Below, piece after piece: positions 12,078 to 64,000 of a stretch of DNA of 64,000 nt. The notes under the pieces are model-generated. The model worked only from the letters and a program-made list of their open reading frames with translations. It did no database searches and was not told the DNA's origin. The position numbers and the translations under genes were made by a program. The DNA comes from Lama glama (Eukaryota): positions 19,778,001 through 19,842,000 of the forward strand of contig CM052826.1 in assembly GCA_028534125.1 (NCBI GenBank). The letters are read 5' to 3'. Position 1 is the first letter of the stretch, and every line of letters starts with the position of its first letter.

Positions 12078-13269
12078 TCCTTGGTTTAACTTTTTGAGGA
12101 ATCCCCAGACTGCTTTCCTCAGGGGCTACACCATTTGCATTCCCACCAGCAATGCATGAGGCTTCTAATTTCTCCACATCCTCACTAACACTCATTATTT
12201 TCTATATTTAAATCTAGTTTGTTTTTTTTTTAATAATTGTCATCCTCATGGATGAGAGGTGGCACCTCCCTGGCACCCCAGCTAAAAAAAGCCTCTATGA
12301 AGTAGAGTGGTTCTGTTACCTTCTGGCTTCTGGAGGTTCCGGATGAGAATGCTCTCCTAGGATGCCCTCTAGATCTTCCAAGTCATGACATTCCAGAAGT
12401 GGCAGAGGTGTACCTCTTCTTGGCGGTGTGTCACCGGGGGCGGGGCGCAGTCTGACAGTCAGGAGCCCTTTCCTTTAGAGACACACGCCTGTCTCCAGCT
12501 CAGGAAATGTTTGCCCATCATGGTTCTGTGGCTCTGCTCTGATTTCTCTACCCAGAGTTTCTGGAAGCCCTCCCGTTCCAAAGTTCCTGCCTTGGACCTC
12601 CAAGGGTCTTTGGGGCACTGTGTTCCTCCCACCCCTCCTCCTGGCCAGCACTTTTGCTGTCAGCAGTCGCCATCCCTCCTTGCCCTGGGATGAGTGGCCG
12701 CTGGACCACACGACGGCTAAGCTGCATCTGCTGCCCCCAGATGATTCTTAACCCTCCCTGCAATGCTCGTGTGGCCCTGCTGTTTCATCCTTCCTGTGGC
12801 TCTGGCTTCGTAGGAGTCACAGGGGACAGCTGTCCTCTGTGCATCTTGGGCTTCTGCTCTCCGGTGGCTGATCCTGCAGGAGCTGACATCACCCAGGTTT
12901 GTTCCTTCATTGGACAGGCTGGTTGGGTGGGAGGTGGCGAGAGTGACCATACATGGATAAGGGTTGAAGCTGACAAATGGAGTCATGGAGGCTCACCACG
13001 CTGTCTAGATATTCTCTCTGCTTTTGACATTCTCCCTAACAAAAAGCCCCATGTGACATGTAGTGTGGGGTGGCGCCTGGACTAGGCTATTTCCTGAAGC
13101 ACTGTCTGAAATTTACAAAGGCTCATCACTAGCAGATGACGTGGTAAATAAACCACAGCTGCGCTCACCAGCGGAGTCCTGCATAGACATGGAAGAGAAG
13201 GAGCACATTATCTTTGAAGTGACACCGAAATAGTTCCAAGAAGTCTTAAGAGGTGAGAAGAGCAAGTCC

Positions 13270-13690
13270 GTTCATAGCAGACTATTCACAAGCACCCAAA
13301 GTGGAAACAATCCAAGTGTGTGTCAATGGATACACAAGCTATGGTCCAATCCATACAATGGAATATTATTCAGCCACAAAAAGGCAGTTTCCATACATGC
13401 TACAACGTGGATGAACCTTGATGTCATTACTGGTTGAGAAAAACATTAGATTGAAAGGCTACATACTGCATTATTCTATTGATATGAAAAGTCCAGAGTA
13501 GGCAAATCTATAGAGACAGAAAGTAGATTATTGGTTGCCGGAGCTGTGGGGAGGGGGTAGTGGGTACAGGATTTCATTCTGGGCTGATGAAAATATCTTG
13601 GAACTAGATAGATGGTTGCACAATACTGGGAACTGCACTGTAAAATGGTTAATTTCATGTTATGTGAATGTTATCTTAATTTAAAAAGCC
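13270..13690 (+). mobile_element. L1M 3' end
   Basis: ATACAATGGAATATTATTCAGCCAC...GGCAAATCTATAGAGACAGAAAGTAGATT...TTTCATGTTATGTGAAT. Confidence 0.8.
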
Positions 13691-15304
13691 GAAAAAGATG
13701 ATCATCACCGAAAGGCACTTATTTGGTTTACAAGGAAGAGAAATGTTTACAAAGAGAAAAAAAAAAAAAGCAAGGGCAGAAAGATACAGAAAGCAGATGG
13801 GTCCTAATGTTTGAGTTCATTGTCAAAGAGAAAAGAATGTATGAGAGACAGAGAGGTTTCCACTGCCTCCCTCTTTCCAGGAGACTGAGGTCTGGGGCTT
13901 TGTGACCTGGAATCAGATCTGCCTGTGCTCTTTACTGGCTGTGGGGACTGGGTGAGTGACTTGGGGGCCCTGTGCTTCTGTTTTCCCATCTGTGTAATGG
14001 GTACAGGAGGGCCTGCCTCACAGGTCTGCTGTGAGGGTCCTGCCAGGCACAAAGTGAGCACACAGTGAAACAGATGGGGAAGCCCTGGGGTCCAGATGTT
14101 CTCTGTGACCACCCCCAACCCCCTGGCCTGTGCCTGACCTTCTCGGGACCTTCCCGGGAACTCCAGGACCTGTCACCCTTTCACAGCCACCCCCCCCACG
14201 TCAGTCTCATTTCCAGGCATCCGGCCAAACTCTCCAGCCATATGCTCCATCCTCCCTGAGCCCAGCTGCTTCCTGCGCTCAGACAAAGAGAGCTCTGTCC
14301 CCAGACCACCAGGCCCAGGCAGGCCCAGTGCACCCCACACAGCACAGACTGCACCCCCACCGCCATGTCTCTTTGTCCCCAGCCCTGGCCCTGTGCTCCT
14401 GGGCACACTGTGCCAGCCCTGTCTCCATCCCTCCCTCAGGACCATGCTAATGGGCATTTGGGAATCTTCTGGCCCTGGACACACACAGTTGAGTTCTGTC
14501 TGCAAGAGGGGACTCTGCAAAGGCACAGAAAGTCAGGGGAGGGGGCACGTGGGGAGCGAATGGAGCTGGAATGACTCAGACATTCCAGAGTGCCCCAGGA
14601 TGACAGCAGTGTGGGGGTGCTTAGGGTAACATGAACGGTGTGGCAATGTGACAGCGACAGGTGACAATGAACAGGAACAGGGGGGTGATGGAGAAAGTAT
14701 GACAGCAACAGGTGATGATGAGGAGACAGTGTGACAGCAACAGATGACACTGTAATAGGAGAATACCCTAGAGATTGGGGTAATGTCAGAAGGGCGGCCG
14801 TACTACGGTGACTGGGGACAGCAGGGGAGCTTTGCAGTGAGAGGTGACAGCACTGTGATGACAGGCCTGCGCCGACCTGGTTTTCTTCAGTCTGGTCGGG
14901 AGGAAGAAACAGTCACCCTTTACCCACCTTGGGCCTTGTTTCCTGGAGTCTTGACTGCTGTTCAGAGCACCACCCAACCAGAGGCAGCCTCCTTTCCAAA
15001 GGTGGTGGAAGACCCCGTTTGCTGGGGGAAGCCGTGTTCTTGGGGAAGCACAGTAGGAGGCTGGCTGGGGTCCGCGTGTCCATCCTGGGGTGCTGCTGGC
15101 TTGGCTAGGCGATAAGGCCCATCGTCCTCTCCAGGGGCTCGGGACCCCCAGAGCCTGTCTTTGAAGCGGACACGCTCTCTCCCGTTGCCAGGTGGCTCCA
15201 TGCAGGGAGAGCTATGTGTGTAGGGCAAGGAGACTATACCCGGGTCAGGTGTGGCGAAGAGTGACGAAAGTTGATTGGCTGCCAAAAAAAAAAAAAGTGT
15301 GATG

Positions 15305-15378
15305 CGGGTGGGGGTATAGCTCAGTCGTAGAGTGTGTGCTTAGCATATGTGAGGCACCTCCATCAAAAAAAAAAAAAA
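15305..15378 (+). mobile_element. Internally deleted tRNA-derived SINE
   Basis: GGGGGTATAGCTCAGTCGTAGAG...GTGAGG|CACCTCC poly(A); B box missing; TSD-like TGTGATG on both sides. Confidence 0.75.
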
Positions 15379-17899
15379 GACTGTGATGGTGATGAATGAC
15401 AAGGGAGAGGGTTCAGGAACAGGGACTAATGACAAGACAGCATAGAGGACCTCTGCCATCTCCTTGGCCATCAGGCAACTCAGATGACCTTTCCCCGGGT
15501 CTGGGAAATACCCCCTTCACAAGGTGGATCCCATAACAAAACGTCTGCATTTTCCCAGCCCCCTTGCAGCAAGGTGAAGGCATTCACCTGCATTGTCCTC
15601 CAGCCAGGTGGCTCTGCCCTGAATCTTGACAGATGCTGGCATCAGAATTGGGGCCCCTGGATTCCGTTTTGCTGAGGGTGGCGCTGGTTTCCAGCATCCG
15701 GGACCATCAAGCATTATCTGAGCCCAGGGAGTGGAGAGGGAATGGATGGGACCAGCTCTGTGGGTGATTTGGGGGTGACTGTTCTGGCTGGAGAACCCCA
15801 AATCCTTCCGGGGATTCTGCACGTGACCGTGTGCCCTTTCTGCTGAGGCTGATTTCTTATCACTTGCAGTTGGAGAATCCTGACACTCTGGGTGACAGTA
15901 CAATTATTAATGGATGACAATGTCACAGCAACAAGATAAAGGTGACAGGAGACAACATGAATGTCACAGGCAGTGGAGGAAGCCATAAAACAGCAAGGTG
16001 TCCCATTGATGGGTGATAGCAGTGAGTGACAGTGACGGGTGACCTTGGAATAGGAATTTGGCGATCCTGCAATATTGATGGGGAGACTGTGTGACATGCT
16101 CTGTCCTCATGACAGTGTTGGGGTGGCCCTGGGATGCCGGGAGGCAGGGAATGAGCGCTTAAATGTCACTTTGCGACAGTGTGACATACTGGAGTGACCA
16201 CATAGGGGACGTTCTCAGGGAGACCTCATTGGTAATGGGCAGCAGTGTCACAGACCCAGGCAGCAGTGCCAATGAAAGGCAAGAAGGTGTGACAGTAGTT
16301 GTGGGGGTTGCATTGACCAGAAGCACTCAGTCCCTACTGTCACTGAGAACTTCCGCATGTCAGGGAGACTTCCAATAATTCCACATTGCTTTTGTCTGGG
16401 CACATTTCATGGAGTCCTTCTCTCCTGGCTGCCAGAGAGCAGGTAGGGAGAAGGAATCACTGCCTGATCCACCAGCCTTCCCCTGGGCTTAGCCATCGGA
16501 GTATTGGTCATGCTATGTCCCTGGCATGGGACGATCCCTCCCTACCTTCTGCACCTACACTGGGCGCTTCTAGGACAGCTGGTACCTACCCCAGTGTCTG
16601 TGTAAGACACATTTGGTGGCTGCAGAGCAGACTAGGTGGACCTTGGCAAAGGAGCCTGAGAAGGGGTGACAGAGGTGTCCCTGGAAGCTGACTCTTCCAC
16701 AACAGCCCCTGCGCCTTCCCATACTGGAATCCCACACCTCTGTCAACTTGACCCCGAGGTTCTGCCCTAGCCCACTCTCCCCACGCCATCCTGACCCTTC
16801 TCTCAGGCCCCGGGAACCCTGCTCCCTCTACCAGGATGCCCTGAAACTTGTCCTCAAAGTTTCCCTCTGCCTCATGCTTCCTCAGCCCAGCCCTGGAGCC
16901 ATCACTGCCCCAGACTCAGTTCTAGACCCCACAGCGTAGCCTCTAGAGTGACTCCTCTTCCTGGGAGCCCATCATGGCCCCCCTCAGAGGTGGGGGTAGA
17001 CTACTGAGGGCTTCTGGGTGCTCCTGGCCTCTGCTACCTCTCTAGGGCCCCTCTTGCCCTCCTTCTTTTTCTCCTTTCCCCCAAATCTCCAGCCTCACTC
17101 AATTCCCGAATGTTCCATACTCTCCTGTCTCTAGGCCTTTGCCTGTCCTTCCCTCCACTTTTCATATTTGCTTCTTTCCACTGATCCTTCAAGGCTCCCA
17201 TTCCTGGGCAGAATGCACCTTTCTCTTTCCCCTCCCAGGGTCCTTCTCTCTGGCGCAGGAGTGTCATTGAGTCCAGGCCTGTCTTTTGGAACCCATATTG
17301 GGAGATTATAAGAGTATCTCCTTGGTAGGGTTTCTTGGCGACTAAATGAGATAATGTATATGAAACTCTTAACACCAAGCCTGGCACATAGCACCAGATA
17401 GGTAACAGCTCAAATTGTTATTTGCTATTTATTATGTTCTGGAAGTGCTATGACGGAGGCACGATCGGCACAGTCAGTTTTGGGAATTCAACAGTGTAAA
17501 ATTAGTTTGAGGGTGGGGAGGATTTTTGAACTGGGCTTTGCCAGATGCATAGGAGTTTGCCGAGTGTAATAACAGCCTCAGGTCAAACAAACAGCTTCTG
17601 ACCAATTCCCATATTAAGGATCACTGATGGTGTTTCTTCTCAAGGGTGGGAAAGTTTTCAAGGAAAAACTAGAAAATTTTACTTGGGATATAGACTCCAG
17701 ATATGAAGCAAAAACTCTGAAACTCAGCCCTTGTGGCAGGTAGAGAAACCGAGGATCAGAAAATCTAGACATTTCTGGATTCTTAAACTCTTCATTTTAA
17801 GAATCAGGATGAAAAATGCGGACCTCCTCCCTAGGAAATGCATCTTTGCCCAATGTTCTGTCTACTTTTAAGGGCTTCTGGATCTTAGTCGAGTTAAGA

Positions 17900-19080
17900 A
17901 TCCAGGCTACAGGTAAGTTTCCCAAGTCACCGTTGGAATTCTCCTTGCCCGAGGGAAGAGGCGGCGGCGGCGGCTTGGGAGGACGCAGGAGAGGGCCTCC
18001 AGGTGAGTCCCGGGACCTCTTGGGCCTGGATCTCTTCCAGGCTACCCCGACTCACAGCCCCATCTCAGGGCTACCTTCAGTTAATTTCTATACGAAACGC
18101 GGTCCCCGCAGCACCCACACCCCGCGTCTCAGCCCACGCCTCGGCTTCGTGGCCCCCATGCCGTTTCTTCAGCCCCTTGGAGTTTCACCCGGAGCCCCAG
18201 GCCCTCCCCCAGCTCCAGCCCCTCCCCCAGCCCAGGATCTGAGCCCCGGGCCCCCGCCCCGGGAGCTTCGAGGTGCAAAAGCGCCCTCCCCCAACTCCTC
18301 CCGCCCCCGACTCCCCCCAAGTGGCAGCTCTGGGCTGGGAAGGCGGCGGGGTCGGCCTCTCGGTTTCGTGTTCCCGCCCCGGGCCCCCAGCGCCGCTCCG
18401 AACCGGCCCTCCAACGCCGAGCCTCGCGCATCCGCTCGCGGCGCCTGCCTCCACGCGCGCCGGTTCGCAGGTAGGGCAAGCGCGGGACCGGCGGCGGACG
18501 GAGGAACCGGGGACGACGGGAGGGGGAGGCAGGGGCGGGAGGAGGGGGCCGGGGCGACGGAGGGGGAGGGGATTCCTTTGTTTGTAGCCGGCAGCCCCGG
18601 GCCCAGCCCCCTCCCCTCCCCGCGCTCGGATCCGCGCGGGAGTGGGGCGCGGGGACTCGGCGGGCAGGAGGGGCTCTGCTCGGGTGCGGGCGGCGGGCGG
18701 CGGGCGGCGGGCGGGAGGGGCCGGGCCCCGCGCGGGGCACACGCCCGGCTCTGACCCGCAGGTGAGGGCGGAGCCGAGTTTGGTCGCGGCCCCCGGGGCC
18801 TGCGTCCCGGGCCCTGCCCGGTGGAGAACGCGGCCCGCTGGCTCCGCGGGTGCGCGCCCCCTCCTCGTCCGCGGAGCCCGGGGCTCCTCGCTTCCCACCC
18901 CCGATTCTCTCGTGCGGTGCGCGCGGTCCCCGCTCATTCATTCCACCAACTCCTGGGCGCGGTTCGCGGAGGCAAAGTTTTGGAGGGAGGGGCGCGGAGG
19001 CTGGGGGAGCTGAGGCTGGCGGGGCAGGAGATGGAGGCCCCGCGGGGCCCTGAGCTGCCTAGAGGAGTCCTCAGAGCGCA
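17900..19080 (+). promoter_or_regulatory. FBN3: CpG island / FBN3 promoter with non-coding first exon(s)
   Basis: Very high GC and CpG density, many GC boxes including a GGGCGGC repeat at ~18688-18716, G4-prone G-tracts at 18505-18575, no TATA. Donor-like sites at 17913, 18003, 18471 and 18762, 1.5-2.4 kb upstream of the acceptor at 20277. Confidence 0.85.
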
Positions 19081-20294
19081 GACCCTCCTGGACAGCTTGG
19101 AAGCAGGAAGGGGTGTCCCTCCCTCACCAGCCGGGCCGACTCTCCCCTGCCCAACAAAGATGACAAGGATCTTTTCCTTCTCTGAGGACCTTGGAGCCAC
19201 CTGGTCAGACCCTCATGTCACCCCGAGGCCCAGAGAGGAGCAGCCACTGGCCCAAGGGCACACAGTGGACTCATCCATTGTGCTCCCAGCCCAGTTCCTC
19301 TCCTCCCTGGTCCAGAAAGTGGGGCTTAAAAGCCCCCTCACCCATCCTGTCCTGGAGGGCCACTTGGTCTGCCTTCTGTCCCTGGAGTACTCAGTTTTCA
19401 CCCTAACTTTTGCCTGATCATCTCCTCCGCCATCGCCTCCCTCCGGTCCTTCCAGGCCCAGGAGAGAGTCAGCCACCTCCTGAGGGTGGGGTGCCTTGGA
19501 TCCTCTTCCCCTCCCACCCCTCTGCCTGGGCTTCATCGCCCATTCAGCTCCTCACTGTGTGATGGCCTTAGTGTCCCTTGACTGCTGGGCCGAGGGCTGT
19601 TCTGTCCATTGTGCCCTGTGCTCCTGCCCAGAATGTCCTCCTGTCACCTAGCTCCCACTCCTCTCTCCCTCCACTCAGCCCTACCAGCCAGAATTCTAGG
19701 AGTCTCCTCAGGCCTTCCATCTCCCTTCAAATCAACCTCTAACTGACGTTTACTTCACCTCCTCATTGTCCCCCAAATCCTTTCCTCTCATCTGGATGCC
19801 TGCCCTCAGCCTCCCTAACTGCATTCTTCCTCTGGGGTCCCTACAAGCCCTTCCACACTCCATCAAACGCCCATTTCTGCCCTTCTTCCTCCCACTTAAA
19901 GCCCTTCAAGGGCTCTCCATAGCCCTTGGCCTAAAGTAGATGCTCCTCTCCACCACTGTGCACTCCTGAAACACCAGGGCCCCCAGGCCCTCTGTCCCCT
20001 CTGCTTAGTGTTCCATGCTCTTCTCACCTCTGCTCTCACTGTGCTCGCTCTGTCCCAGCACCCTTCTCTTGGCTGACTCCATCTCTGAGATACCACACCT
20101 CCTCCTAGAAGTCTCCCCTGACTGTTCACCTGCTTCCGGGTCAGGGTCGAATGTGTCCCTGGATTCCCGCAGGCCCCCAGTTTCTGCATCCCAGCAGCTG
20201 TCCCACTGCTCCTGTTTCTCCTGGGTGCCCTGTGGCCAAGGGTTTCTGGTAAGATTGACTCTGCTTCCTCCCCGCAGCCTCAGAGGGACACATC

Positions 20295-63739
<43,445 letters not shown>

Positions 63740-64000
63740 GTGAGCCCCCCGCCCCGGCCCTGGAGCCCGCCTGGGCGCTCCCTGCAGCACCCCGCCCACA
63801 CTGCTGGGAGAAAACCAAGACCAGAAGCTGTGTATCCCCAATCTGTCCCTCCATCGCGACCCCATTTGGGCCACTTGCCTCCTAAGATTTTCAGTTACGT
63901 TGTGGAGGTAGATGTCTGTCTAAGTTGGGCCTGCAAATTCCGGCCCAAGGGCTGAGTCCGGCCCGCCACTTGTTTTTGTTAATGAAGTTTTATTGGCGCA

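Noticed and set aside
1-17800. A neighbouring protein-coding gene upstream of FBN3
   Set aside because: No recognisable coding exons; the region is dominated by repeats.
17816-19417. Long ORFs (198-312 aa) on both strands over the CpG island
   Set aside because: Pro/Gly/Arg/Ala low-complexity translations in several frames at once; expected from stop-codon scarcity in very GC-rich DNA.

Overview
Mammalian genomic DNA, most likely a camelid (camel/alpaca), judged from about 14 copies of a tRNA-derived SINE of the camelid Vic-1 type. Bases 1-17.8 kb are repeat-rich intergenic sequence (ERV/MaLR LTRs, L1, L2/MIR, hAT MERs, SINEs, five N gaps). A CpG-island promoter lies at ~17.9-19.1 kb. From 20295 to the window end, the + strand carries the 5' ~85% of the fibrillin-3 gene (FBN3). 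I traced 57 coding exons by hand (7372 nt, ~2457 codons). All have GT-AG boundaries, are in frame and lack stops. Domain order: signal peptide, furin site, FUN, EGF1-3, hybrid 1, cbEGF1-2, TB1, Pro/Gly-rich region, then onward to TB7 and cbEGF37 (fibrillin-1 numbering); the gene continues past the window. Almost all entries in the ORF track are exon fragments or chance ORFs. I see no wholly new gene system. The most unusual feature is a ~250-bp inverted duplication bracketing the cbEGF23 exon, right after the RGD-bearing TB4. Its downstream arm carries an AATAAA and a perfect AG|GTAAGT donor, which makes it a candidate RNA-structure splicing/polyadenylation switch. Also notable: an intact cbEGF2 exon that the canonical human protein lacks, a cryptic donor inside cbEGF27, RAD in place of the second human RGD, and two homotypic motif clusters. 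Comparisons with human FBN3/FBN1 and repeat-family names are from memory, not from alignment.
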